Positions 1 through 8,575 of a stretch of 37,360 nt of DNA are shown here, piece after piece. Location of the stretch: positions 1-37,360 of IMG/VR virus record IMGVR_UViG_3300011338_000268. One strand, given 5' to 3'. This DNA is from a virus. Its lineage: Duplodnaviria > Caudoviricetes. Made by a program: the position numbers and the translations under genes. How positions within the stretch are numbered: the stretch's first letter is position 1; every line of letters begins with the position of its first letter. The notes under the pieces are model-generated. The model had not been told where the DNA came from. It ran no database searches and worked only from the letters and a program-made list of their open reading frames with translations.

Positions 1-127
1 TCTGGCACGACCAATAACGCGCCGAGGTCTTATCGGTCGCGGTGTCGCAAGAGTGCCGCGAGCGGAAATTAGCGCGGGCTTTGGGGTCGTCGCGGCGGAT
101 CTCCATCTTGGGATCGCCAAATGTCAC
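1..127. repeat. Terminal 127-bp direct repeat (identical to 37234-37360); circular assembly overlap
   Basis: TCTGGCACGACC...CCAAATGTCAC occurs at both ends. A reading frame continues through the junction. Confidence 0.95.
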
Positions 128-745
128 CTTCTTGGTCTTGTCGCCGTCCTTGACGTAAACGCCGAACTTCTTGCTCGCGCCAGCTGGGAGGCGGAACGGC
201 TGATCTAGTTCGACCTCGCGCCCCTGATAATCGGCCTTCTTGACGCCACGGGTCGACATAGGGTGTTTCTCTGGCAACAGATCCGTGTCGTGTTTTCCCG
301 ACCGGAACCGACCATTGCGGATCGCGCGCAGGAAATTGTTGACCCGCGCCATTGCCCACTGTTCTGGAGAACTGACGCTTGGCCGCACGCTGCCCGGGTT
401 GGTGCGGTATGCGCCGATCCCCCGGTCATAGACCTGCCGCAGCATATCGACAGTCACGCGACCCTTGTCGCCGTCCTCTGCGTTGTGCGCCTCGACCTTG
501 GCGCGCAGCGTGTCCGTCGACACCTTCTCGAGTTCTTCGTCGATCTTCTCGATGTAAACGCCGTCCTTGCCCTTGGTGTAGCCCGCGCTTTCAATCGCAG
601 CATAGGCCGCGCCGAATGCCCGGCCCTCCTGATAGCCCTGATCGATGCTGTCGTTGAACACGCCGCGCCAGATCGAGCGCGCCTTATCGGTGGGCAGGAC
701 GCGCTTCACCGCGCCCGGTAGATCGTCGTTCGTTTGATAGGGCAT
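1..745 (-). CDS. N-terminal part of a ~483-aa multidomain head protein (ChaB domain + small phage domains + XkdF-like protease); continues at 36527-37360 via the circular junction
   Basis: Hand translation from ATG 745 gives MPYQTNDDLPGAVKRVLPTDKARSIWRGVFNDS...AFGAAYAAIESAGYTKGKDG (ChaB-like), then LRQVYDRGIGAYRTNPGSVRP..EQWAMARVNNFL, then KKFGVYVKDGDKTKKVTFGDP. It is in frame with ORF 36527..37360. The ORF track misses it because it runs off the edge. Confidence 0.85.
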   Translation of the reverse strand, partial: MPYQTNDDLPGAVKRVLPTDKARSIWRGVFNDSIDQGYQEGRAFGAAYAAIESAGYTKGKDGVYIEKIDEELEKVSTDTLRAKVEAHNAEDGDKGRVTVDMLRQVYDRGIGAYRTNPGSVRPSVSSPEQWAMARVNNFLRAIRNGRFRSGKHDTDLLPEKHPMSTRGVKKADYQGREVELDQPFRLPAGASKKFGVYVKDGDKTKKVTFGDPKMEIRRDDPKARANFRSRHSCDTATDKTSARYWSCQ

Positions 746-790
746 ATTAGATCCTACTCATGGGAGGACAGAGATTTGAAGAGGGCGCAA

Positions 791-933
791 AATCGGCCAG
801 AACCCCGGAGGTGCGACCCTGCGCTAGCAGGTCTCCCCTTCGGGTTCCATCCGCAGGTTCACAGGGAGGAGTAGTAGAGAATACACTATAGGGAAGTCTG
901 TCCCCTACTCTCCCCTCTCCACCCAGTTTTTGA
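791..933. repeat. Structured non-coding element, copy 1 (paralog of 8639-8783)
   Basis: Shares AATCGGCCAGAACCC, TCCCCTTnGGGTTC, ACTATAGGG and GTTTTT with 8639-8783 at near-identical spacing. Contains two inverted repeats. Confidence 0.85.
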
Positions 934-939
934 GCGCGA

Positions 940-1758
940 TCAATCAGCATCTTCGATCCACCCAAAGAACCCGCCGGTGATGGTCGCGCTCTTGTCCGTC
1001 GTTGCCCTTAGCGCGATGATCTCGCCCGCAGGGACGGCATAGAGCGCGCCATCCGATAGGATCGCTGACCCGTCTTGCAGCCCGACCGAACCCTGCGTGA
1101 GAAGCAGCCCAGCATCTGCAAAACTATCCCCGTCGATGCGAGACACCACGATGTCAACTGTGACGCGCGCAGCGGCTGACCCTGATGTCGACGCGGCATA
1201 GATCGTGTGAACGATCAGCCGCTTGCCCGCTGGGACGCGGTAAGCCGAGCTGCGCGTCGTGCGGTTCCCCGTTGGGATAAACTTGTAGCGCGTCCCCGCA
1301 TTCGTGACTGTGATGTCCCCGGCAAACGCCTTGCCGCTGCCGTAGGTCAGCAGGTGGATCTCGCCGACCCAGCGAATGTTGGTCGCGGTCGTCAGCACAG
1401 GCGTTGTGCCGTTCAGCACGACTGTTTCAGTGCGCTGCACCAGATCAGCATCGAGATAGGTCATGACGATTGAGCGCACGCCTGTGCCGCCGGCCCCATC
1501 CTGCGCGCTGGTCGACACGATGGACATCTGCAAGCCGGTGGACGGCGCGACCGACGGATCCTTGATTGCAGACCCGTCAAGCACCAGCACACCCGTCACC
1601 GCGCCGCTGGCGGTGAGATGCCCGTCGATGACGACGGGATACGCGCCCTCGACGCGCCCCCGGGCGATCTCGACCTGCTGCGTGAACATCAGCCGCCAGA
1701 TCCGCTGCGACCAATCGCGCACGGGTTTGATCGTCTTGGTGTAGCCGACTTCTGTCAT
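940..1758 (-). CDS. Hypothetical protein, probably virion structural (272 aa, beta-rich, T/G/S/V-rich)
   Basis: Long ORF coupled by an ATGA overlap within the late operon. EIARGRVEG N-terminal motif. Composition resembles phage structural proteins. Confidence 0.6.
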   Translation of the reverse strand: MTEVGYTKTIKPVRDWSQRIWRLMFTQQVEIARGRVEGAYPVVIDGHLTASGAVTGVLVLDGSAIKDPSVAPSTGLQMSIVSTSAQDGAGGTGVRSIVMTYLDADLVQRTETVVLNGTTPVLTTATNIRWVGEIHLLTYGSGKAFAGDITVTNAGTRYKFIPTGNRTTRSSAYRVPAGKRLIVHTIYAASTSGSAAARVTVDIVVSRIDGDSFADAGLLLTQGSVGLQDGSAILSDGALYAVPAGEIIALRATTDKSATITGGFFGWIEDAD

Positions 1759-1928
1759 AGCAAGAACACCTGCGCGGTGTCATCTGCCGCCGTGATCGCT
1801 TCATAGATCCATTGTTCGACCAGATCTTTGTCTGGCCCGATGTATGCTTTCAGCAGTTCGTCTGCCGCCGCGTCTCTCTGGTTTGCGGGCAAGGCAAAGA
1901 TCTGATCTGCCATCTCCTGATACGTCAT
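1755..1928 (-). CDS. Small acidic protein (57 aa), candidate MuF immunity protein
   Basis: MTYQEMADQIFALPANQRDAAADELLKAYIGPDKDLVEQWIYEAITAADDTAQVFLL. ATGA overlaps with both neighbours. Below the ORF-track cutoff. Confidence 0.7.
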   Translation of the reverse strand: MTYQEMADQIFALPANQRDAAADELLKAYIGPDKDLVEQWIYEAITAADDTAQVFLL

Positions 1929-3826
1929 GGGGTCACCTTCTTGTCCAGTTTGCGGTAAATCGCCAGCAACGCAGGATGGATACGGAAGTGTTCGCTCTCT
2001 GGTAGTTCCATATAGATTGCGAACGTCTCCGCGATATATTCTTTGTCATTGGTGTTGCCGTAGACTGACACGAGCAGATCCCACCCAGTGCTGCGCGGCC
2101 GCTCCCGCAAAAGAAATGCGTCGAGTTCTGGGCCGATCCGGCTGTCTTGCAGGTGGATATAATGCCCGTATTCATGGAATACAGTTGAGCGCGTCCTAAA
2201 CACGTTATCGGTCGACGTGCTGTCCATACACCAGTTATAGGGGAACCGCCCTAGGGCATCCATCTGTTTGACGCGATCCCGCACGCGCTGATCAATCACG
2301 ATCCCGGGCTTTGGATTAGTCAAAGCGTCATCCCGTTGTTTTATATAACGAGCAGCACTTCTATTTTCACTCGCCGCTAATTTATCCGCACCTTCCCCGA
2401 AGCCAGATGCTGGGATATTGAACAACCCTTTGTTTCCGGTTGTTACATCTGTAACGCGAAACATAGAAGCAATCACGTTTCGCTTGGCCTTAGCCGTAGG
2501 GTTGAACCGCTTGACGTAACCGAAGGCGGCAAGGGGTGTAAGACCAAACCGCTCAACGACTTCTTGCATGGCAGGCAGCGCGGCGTTGAGGGCCGCTAAG
2601 GTCGTGCCCTTCAGATCCACCTTGCCCGCAATGCCGCTGGTTTTTACATATTCTTCTATCCGCGCCAGCGATTTGAGCGGCTGGTAGGTCTCATAGGCGA
2701 ACACCGGTGCCGGTGTCCCCCGCCCCGCCTCTGGAACCGCCGCCGGGAGACTAACAGCAGCAGGGCGCAATGGGGGCGGCGGCGGGGGCGGCGCGATCAC
2801 CGCTCCCGGGGAGGGCGGAAGCAGATCGCGAGAGATGATGCGCGCGAAGACGGCGCACCGACATTGAATTGTGTTTGCGGCAAGCGCGCTGGGATCGCCG
2901 GGGTAGAGGATCGGGCCAAGCGGGCTCGTGAACGCTTCGGCTTGCCCGACGCCGCGCGGGTTGATCTGCGGGATCTGGACGTGCGAGTTCCGAACGTGCC
3001 CGTCGTTGGTGTTAATCCACGTTCTGCGCACCTGCCGGGCGTCGATCTGCCCTTTGTTGATCATGTCCTGAAAGAGCTCCCACTGCGCGCCCTGCACGGC
3101 GCGGATGCTCTCTGTGCGCGCGATGACGTTTGCCCGGTATTTGACATAGCGGTCACGATACCGATCGACCAGCGAGCGGATCTGCGCGTCGGTCAGCGCC
3201 TTGTCGTTGGCGATTGCGCGCCCGACGGATGCGTCGCTGCGCCGGTCGCGCAGCTTGCGCTCCAGCGCCTCTGGGTCGAGGGCGCGCAGCATCCGCTCAT
3301 AGTTCGAAACCGCCGCCTCCTGACGCCGCGTCAAGCCGATCGACCCCCTGATCTGGCGCGCAATGGCGAACGGGTCATCGCCCGCTGTCAGCCCGCGCTG
3401 GAGCACTTGCCGGATCGTGTCGCGCGTCGTCTGGTCGATCTCGCGGATCCGCGTCGATGTCATTGTGAGGGCGAACTGTTCAAGGCGCGGGTTCAGCCCG
3501 ACGGCGATTTCGAAGTCAGCCTGCGCGCCGTTGATCACGCCCTGCGTGCTGCTCGTGGCCTTGACCCCCGCCAGCACCGCCTGCTCGATTGCCTTGCCGT
3601 AGGGTTGCCATTCGGTCGAGGTGAAATGCCCGGCGAACGCCGCCTCCAGCGAGGTGAAGTCGCGCCGCTCAATCATCCGCGCGATCGTCTCCGCAGGAAC
3701 GCGGGTGCGGATCGCTTCGATGGCCGAGATGAACGCCTTTGCAATCTTCGGATCCATGCCTTCTGCCGCCCGCAAAAACACGGCCACGGCGTCGGACGCG
3801 GTGATCTTGCGGATGGCGGCGTTCAT
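1925..3826 (-). CDS. MuF/SPP1 gp7-like minor head protein with C-terminal HExxH zinc-metallopeptidase extension
   Basis: RANVIARTE, W..TNDGHVRNSH and YPGDP...IQCRC (MuF core). Pro-rich linker, then HEYGHYIH...YGNTNDKEYIAETF. Confidence 0.85.
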   Translation of the reverse strand: MNAAIRKITASDAVAVFLRAAEGMDPKIAKAFISAIEAIRTRVPAETIARMIERRDFTSLEAAFAGHFTSTEWQPYGKAIEQAVLAGVKATSSTQGVINGAQADFEIAVGLNPRLEQFALTMTSTRIREIDQTTRDTIRQVLQRGLTAGDDPFAIARQIRGSIGLTRRQEAAVSNYERMLRALDPEALERKLRDRRSDASVGRAIANDKALTDAQIRSLVDRYRDRYVKYRANVIARTESIRAVQGAQWELFQDMINKGQIDARQVRRTWINTNDGHVRNSHVQIPQINPRGVGQAEAFTSPLGPILYPGDPSALAANTIQCRCAVFARIISRDLLPPSPGAVIAPPPPPPPLRPAAVSLPAAVPEAGRGTPAPVFAYETYQPLKSLARIEEYVKTSGIAGKVDLKGTTLAALNAALPAMQEVVERFGLTPLAAFGYVKRFNPTAKAKRNVIASMFRVTDVTTGNKGLFNIPASGFGEGADKLAASENRSAARYIKQRDDALTNPKPGIVIDQRVRDRVKQMDALGRFPYNWCMDSTSTDNVFRTRSTVFHEYGHYIHLQDSRIGPELDAFLLRERPRSTGWDLLVSVYGNTNDKEYIAETFAIYMELPESEHFRIHPALLAIYRKLDKKVTP

Positions 3827-4209
3827 CAGATGCTTTCCAGTTCTGCAAACGCGGGTGCGCCGAGCGGCAGTTTCACGCGAAACGCCTGATAGACTTCGAA
3901 CAGGTCGTTGTCGCCGGGAAAGATGTCAAAACATTGCCGCACATCTTGCAGCATAACGCGCGCATATTCGTCGCCGAACCGCTTGATCGACGCGATCGCC
4001 GAGGTGCGGATCCACCGCTGCGGGCTCATCTCGATAAAGTCGCGCGCGAATGCGTCGGTCTCGATGAACTCCGCGCCGTTGGTCACGGCGAACTGCAAGC
4101 CCGGCGCGTGCACGATCAGCGTTTCGCCCGACATCGACGCTTCGATAGCGGCCACAGTAAAGTCATCGATCGCGATCCATATGCCGCGTGGGTAAACTTG
4201 GAACCTCAT
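3826..4209 (-). CDS. Hypothetical protein (127 aa), weakly LytTR-like
   Basis: Coupled to the portal and MuF genes. The patterns VAAIEA..ETLIVH and FIEM..RWIRTSAIASIKRF..YARVMLQD resemble the LytTR beta fold. Confidence 0.6.
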   Translation of the reverse strand: MRFQVYPRGIWIAIDDFTVAAIEASMSGETLIVHAPGLQFAVTNGAEFIETDAFARDFIEMSPQRWIRTSAIASIKRFGDEYARVMLQDVRQCFDIFPGDNDLFEVYQAFRVKLPLGAPAFAELESI

Positions 4210-5564
4210 GCTGGAACCCCTTCGTCCATCTGCGTGTCTGGCGACCCGAGCAGATCCGGGTCGATTGTCTTCTCTGGGAAACCTGCGGCGCGGCGCAGCG
4301 TGTTTTCTGTGTCGTCGTCTGGGAACAGCGGCATCCCCGCGCCTGAGATGTCGCGCACGAACGAGCCCAGTTCGGCCAGATCCACCGGCGCGATCTCGCC
4401 AAAGCCGACCTTGGGCATGACTGCCGGGTCGAACCCGTTGATCTCCCAGAGGCGCGGCAAAAGCTGGCGGTTTAGCACCGATGCAATCGCTTCAGTATAA
4501 CCGCTTGCTGCCGCTAGAAATAGGTCTGTCTTGCTTTTGGATAGGGCGAACGACCCAGTGTCGCCGCCGCCCAGCATCAGGAAATCGGCCAGCACGGAGC
4601 GCGCGATGTTTTGCTGGTGGCGCAGGATCACATCCCCCGTCGGGATTGCGCGCGATCCTTGGGCAGTCACCAGCCCGAACTCGACCATCGGGATCGACGT
4701 CTTTGTGCCGTCGTCGTTCTCGTAAACGTCGGACGGGATCAAAATGAACCCTTGATCGTTGAATTTGACGTCGCGCAGGATCTTCTTGAACGCATTGGTG
4801 AAGCCCTGCTGCGCGGCGCTCGCGCTCTCGCCCAGATATTCGGATGGGATCTTACCTACCGGGATCCCGTTCATCTCGCGTTCGACCGCGATCGCCTCGA
4901 TCATCTGAATGTGCGACGCATAGTGATACGAGGTGAAGGCGTTGCGCAGGATGGATCGCCCGCTGGGATCGTTGTTCACAGTCGAGGTGCGGAAGTGCAG
5001 CATTTTCCATAACGGGATGTCGGCTGATCCGAGTTTGAGCGACAGCGCGCTCTGCCGCACGCCCGTGATCGTGCCGTTCTCGTCGGTCAGGAACTTATCA
5101 ATAGTCCATTGGGCACGCGGCGCGAGCTTGCGGATGCCATATCGGCCATCATCAAACTGCGAATAGAGCGTCGGATCGTCGGTCATGCGCCCGGATCTGG
5201 TCTTATAGACCACTTCGAAGACCGAGAAGCCGAACGGGAGGAACGTCAGCACTTCGGCGAGGAAATCGTCAACAGTCCCTTCCATGTCGTTGAAGCATTG
5301 CTCGACGAACAGCTTTGCCTCCTCCGCCTCTGGGCTGGTGTCGGCTGCATCGACGCGGAACTCCGCCGCGCGCAGCAGCATTTCAAACGCCATCAGGATC
5401 GCGCCGATCGTCGGGTCGTTGTCTTTCATCTCGCGGAATGTCCGCGTCGCGTTTAGCCCGCGCAGCTTCGGCAGGAACTCATCGGGGCGCAGCTGATCGT
5501 CGCGCCCGTAATTGCCCGCCGCGCCCAGTTCGCGCGTTGCCGTTGACTTTGTTGGTGCTTTCAT
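4206..5564 (-). CDS. Portal protein (DUF935/Mu gp29-like)
   Basis: 452 aa directly after terL. GFSVFEVVY, NDPSGRSILR and IARSVLADFLMLG..GSFALS motifs. Confidence 0.9.
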   Translation of the reverse strand: MKAPTKSTATRELGAAGNYGRDDQLRPDEFLPKLRGLNATRTFREMKDNDPTIGAILMAFEMLLRAAEFRVDAADTSPEAEEAKLFVEQCFNDMEGTVDDFLAEVLTFLPFGFSVFEVVYKTRSGRMTDDPTLYSQFDDGRYGIRKLAPRAQWTIDKFLTDENGTITGVRQSALSLKLGSADIPLWKMLHFRTSTVNNDPSGRSILRNAFTSYHYASHIQMIEAIAVEREMNGIPVGKIPSEYLGESASAAQQGFTNAFKKILRDVKFNDQGFILIPSDVYENDDGTKTSIPMVEFGLVTAQGSRAIPTGDVILRHQQNIARSVLADFLMLGGGDTGSFALSKSKTDLFLAAASGYTEAIASVLNRQLLPRLWEINGFDPAVMPKVGFGEIAPVDLAELGSFVRDISGAGMPLFPDDDTENTLRRAAGFPEKTIDPDLLGSPDTQMDEGVPA

Positions 5565-7030
5565 CAGACCGGCCTCGCTTTGTTGCCCACATGATCACCG
5601 ATCACGAATAGACCGGTCTTCTTCTGCTTCTTCGGCGAGACGGCGTTGAAGCCCGAGCTCGCGGCGTCCGCTTGGTCTTTATACACTGATCTGGGGAAAT
5701 GTCGAAGCTCTTCTATGAAGTCGCGGTTCCATGCACCGGTCACAATGTCGACGTTGCCCGCCTCCATCTGCGCCGCCAGCGGTTCGGCGCGCGTCTCCTT
5801 GGATCCGCTCTGCGGTTCGATCCGCACGCGATACCCAGCCAGACGCACCACGAAGTCGCGCGCCTGCGCCTTGCCCGCCTGCCCGGGATCCTGCGGGAGC
5901 GAGATCGGCACGTCGTCGCCGTCGAAGTCTGCGGCGTCCGCGACCATCTTGCGCACGCCGTCTGGCCCCATACGGGCGCGCCGCACGTCCGCGATGATCA
6001 CCCGGCGCGCTTCGACGCGCCAGCCGACCAGCACGCCTGCGGTATAGGCTCCGCCCCCGTCGGTCGCCGCGAGATCCCATGCCCTGCACCAGTTGATCTC
6101 CTCGTCAGGGATGGCGTCGATTGTCTGGATCTTGTCGACCTTGAACAGCCCGCCTTCGCGCGGCGTTGGCCGCTGCTCCAGCTGGGCCGCCGATGCGTAG
6201 GGGCCGAGCGTCTGCACCAGTTCTGCCACCGCCTGCGCAGAGAAGCGCGCGGGCCACATCAATTCGTTGGGCTGCGTGCGCGGATCCCGCCAGCCTATTG
6301 ATGTCGTGCGCGCTCTGGATAGGTCGTAGTGCATCGGGATCAACAGGTGCTCATAACCCTGTTCTATGGCCGCTGCGGCCACGTCCTCGTGATGCACGCG
6401 CTGCATGATGCAGACGAACGCGCTGAGGTCTAGGTCGTTCACGCGGCTGGGCACGACCTCGCGGAACCATTGCAGCGTTTCGCCCCTGATCGCCTCGCTC
6501 TCCGCCTCTAGCACGTTGTGCGGGTCATCGATCACGAATACATCCCCGCGCTCGCCCGTCGCGCGTCCGCGCACCGATGTCGCCATCATCGAGCCGGTCG
6601 CGGTGTTCGCGAAGTTCACTTTCTGCGCTTGGTCATCAGACAGCCGCACGCGCGGGAATAGCCGCTGGTAAAGCGGGCTCTCGACGATCATCTTGGCGCG
6701 CCTGTTGTCGCGCGCTGCTAGCGCCTCTGCGTAGGACGCGCCGATGTATCGCAGCGACGGGTTCGACACCCAACTCCACGTCGGCCAGAACGCGCGCGTC
6801 AGCAGCGACTTCATCGACCCGGGCGGAACAGTGATCAACAGTTTGCGGATCTCGCCGCGCGTCACCGCTTCGAGGTGCTCCGCGATCGCCTCAATCGGCC
6901 AACCAGTGACCAGCTTGCGGCCGGGTTCGAGCACGGGCCAGAACGTCTGCGCGAAGTAAAGCACCGACCGGCGGCAAAGCTCCGCTTCAATTAAGTCGCG
7001 ATCTGCCGTCGTGATCTGCGGGAGTTGCAT
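5564..7030 (-). CDS. terL: Terminase large subunit
   Basis: Walker A-like VPPGSMKS, Walker B VFVIDDPH, nuclease motifs AWDLA and KDQADA. Likely ATG start at 7030. Confidence 0.95.
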   Translation of the reverse strand: MQLPQITTADRDLIEAELCRRSVLYFAQTFWPVLEPGRKLVTGWPIEAIAEHLEAVTRGEIRKLLITVPPGSMKSLLTRAFWPTWSWVSNPSLRYIGASYAEALAARDNRRAKMIVESPLYQRLFPRVRLSDDQAQKVNFANTATGSMMATSVRGRATGERGDVFVIDDPHNVLEAESEAIRGETLQWFREVVPSRVNDLDLSAFVCIMQRVHHEDVAAAAIEQGYEHLLIPMHYDLSRARTTSIGWRDPRTQPNELMWPARFSAQAVAELVQTLGPYASAAQLEQRPTPREGGLFKVDKIQTIDAIPDEEINWCRAWDLAATDGGGAYTAGVLVGWRVEARRVIIADVRRARMGPDGVRKMVADAADFDGDDVPISLPQDPGQAGKAQARDFVVRLAGYRVRIEPQSGSKETRAEPLAAQMEAGNVDIVTGAWNRDFIEELRHFPRSVYKDQADAASSGFNAVSPKKQKKTGLFVIGDHVGNKARPV

Positions 7031-7469
7031 CTGCAATGGCCTTTGACAGTTCAAGGAGGGCTTCGGTCGACACCTTCGATAGATCGACAGTTTGGATCGG
7101 CCCGCCGTCCGCGCCGCTAATCTCGACCTTCTGCGTTTCCGACCAGCGCATCTGCGTCTTTGTCCACCAGATCATGGCGGTCGTGTCGCCCTTCAGCGCC
7201 TTGTTGAACAGCGCGTTCGCGATCTTCCAGTTGGCGGATGCCTTGCCCTCATCAAGTTCGACGCGGAAGTGCTCAAGTAGGGTCTCCAACGCGATGCCGC
7301 CCCGCACGAGCATACGGATCTGGTTCTGCGGGAGCCCGAGCCCTGATAACTTCTGCACCAGTTCGCGCTCTGCCGAAGTAGGCACAAACGCGGGTCGACC
7401 GGCTCCGGGCTGTGCCCCACCAAACTTGCGCTTCTTTTCTGATGTCGGTTTTTCTGCGCTGTCTGCCAT
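6987..7469 (-). CDS. terS: Terminase small subunit
   Basis: GGAQPGAGRP, an HTH-like segment, GDTTAMIWWTKTQMRW and EISGADGGPI. Immediately upstream of terL. SD GAGGGA precedes ATG 7469. Confidence 0.85.
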   Translation of the reverse strand: MADSAEKPTSEKKRKFGGAQPGAGRPAFVPTSAERELVQKLSGLGLPQNQIRMLVRGGIALETLLEHFRVELDEGKASANWKIANALFNKALKGDTTAMIWWTKTQMRWSETQKVEISGADGGPIQTVDLSKVSTEALLELSKAIADATPADHDGRSRLN

Positions 7470-7477
7470 GATGTCCC

Positions 7478-7957
7478 TCACCGGTATCCTGCCGCATGAT
7501 ACGCTAAAAGCGCAGCTTCCGCCACTCCGTCGTCAGCCAGCGCGCGGAACTGCGACGTGAACGCCTCACCGAACCGCAGGCGACACAGATCTAGGCTGCC
7601 CTGCTTTTCTTTGCCCAGCCCGAGGTCGCGCTTCCAGACCGCAGGCGTCACCCAGATCACAGTGTCGGCCATCAGCTGCGCAATCGCTTCGACCGCGCCG
7701 GTTGCCCGGCCAAAGGTGAACGCGGAGACAGTGCCCTGTCCGGGACGGGATCCGACCTGCTCAATCACCGCTTGGTCAATCTGGCCCAGCTGCGTCATCC
7801 ACACCACCAGCCCGCGCGCATCGATCAAGTTCTTGCCCCGGCTCTTGATCGTCGGGACGCGCATCCCGGCGATGAACACCGGGGGCGCGCCTTCTTTTGT
7901 TTCGATCAGTGCGAGCCCGCCGCTTAGTCCGGGGTCGATGCCTAAATATCGCGCCAT
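7478..7957 (-). CDS. RuvC-like Holliday junction resolvase
   Basis: YLGIDPG, VIEQV, AFTFG, VTPAVWK and DGVAEAALLA motifs. Start at ATG 7957. Confidence 0.85.
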   Translation of the reverse strand: MARYLGIDPGLSGGLALIETKEGAPPVFIAGMRVPTIKSRGKNLIDARGLVVWMTQLGQIDQAVIEQVGSRPGQGTVSAFTFGRATGAVEAIAQLMADTVIWVTPAVWKRDLGLGKEKQGSLDLCRLRFGEAFTSQFRALADDGVAEAALLAYHAAGYR

Positions 7958-7976
7958 CTGGATGCCTTTTATATGA

Positions 7977-8477
7977 TCAGCGGATGGGCTTACGTTTGTA
8001 AGCCGTCTCCGCCTCGATGCGAGCAAAGACCGCCTCTTTGAAGGTAGGAAAGGAGCCGAGCCGATGTATGATACCACGCGCTTGAAGCTGGGCACACCAT
8101 TGACCTTTGATCTTATCAAAGCTGACCCCGACAAAGCCACTTGTGTTCCTGCCTCGTCTTTGCACGTCGCGCTCATCAGGAACCCGCAAGTTCTCGATCC
8201 GGTTGTCGGTGAATACCCTGTTCGCGTGAATAATCCTCCCGACCGGCCATTCCCCGTAATGCAGCGCCCAGATCACCCGGTGCGCGACAAAAGTGCGGCC
8301 ATTTATTTTTCCTTGCAGGTAGCCTGCGCCGCCACGCGAGGTGAACGCCTCGTCATATGAGGAGCGCAGCTGGGTTGGCATCGCGCCTAAATTCAGCCAA
8401 AACAGTTTTCCCGTATCTGGATCATACCGCAGGCGTTGACGCAAATAGTCGATTGAGGGTAAGTCTTGCTTAGTCAT
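7977..8477 (-). CDS. HNH-AP2 homing-endonuclease-like protein, apparently with a degenerate active site
   Basis: LRYDPDTGKLFW, AHRVIWALHYGEWP, DNRIENLR, NTSGFVGV and an AP2-like C-terminus WCAQL...LGSF..EAVFAR. Confidence 0.85.
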   Translation of the reverse strand: MTKQDLPSIDYLRQRLRYDPDTGKLFWLNLGAMPTQLRSSYDEAFTSRGGAGYLQGKINGRTFVAHRVIWALHYGEWPVGRIIHANRVFTDNRIENLRVPDERDVQRRGRNTSGFVGVSFDKIKGQWCAQLQARGIIHRLGSFPTFKEAVFARIEAETAYKRKPIR

Positions 8478-8506
8478 GTCGCACCTCTGGTTTAGGTCGA
8501 TTGATA

Positions 8507-8542
8507 GGGGCAGGGATTGACGTTGTAGCGTCTCCTTGCCCC
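8507..8542 (-). other. Leader hairpin upstream of the HNH gene
   Basis: On the minus strand: GGGGCAAGGA-GACG-CTACAA-CGTC-AA-TCCCTGCCCC. Confidence 0.6.
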
Positions 8543-8545
8543 GCG

Positions 8546-8575
8546 TTCTTAACTTATTATCCTCACCTTTGTCAA
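8546..8575 (-). promoter_or_regulatory. Sigma70-like promoter for the HNH/packaging operon
   Basis: Perfect TTGACA (8575-8570), 18-nt spacer, TAAGAA, in an AT-rich context. Confidence 0.55.

Noticed and set aside
880-893. T7/SP6-like promoter (ACACTATAGGG; also 8735-8743)
   Set aside because: Only the initiation half matches. No single-subunit RNA polymerase is encoded, and it points away from the adjacent minus-strand genes. Treated as part of the repeated element.
747-965. ORFs over the twin elements (747..965; 8501..8893, 8572..8880, 8689..9111)
   Set aside because: There is no protein similarity between the copies despite DNA similarity, and no convincing RBS. Conservation is structural.
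2864-3889. Long antisense ORFs (e.g. 2864..3889, 10873..11958, 15681..16754, 29327..30244)
   Set aside because: These are shadow frames of well-supported genes in GC-rich DNA, with no recognisable motifs.
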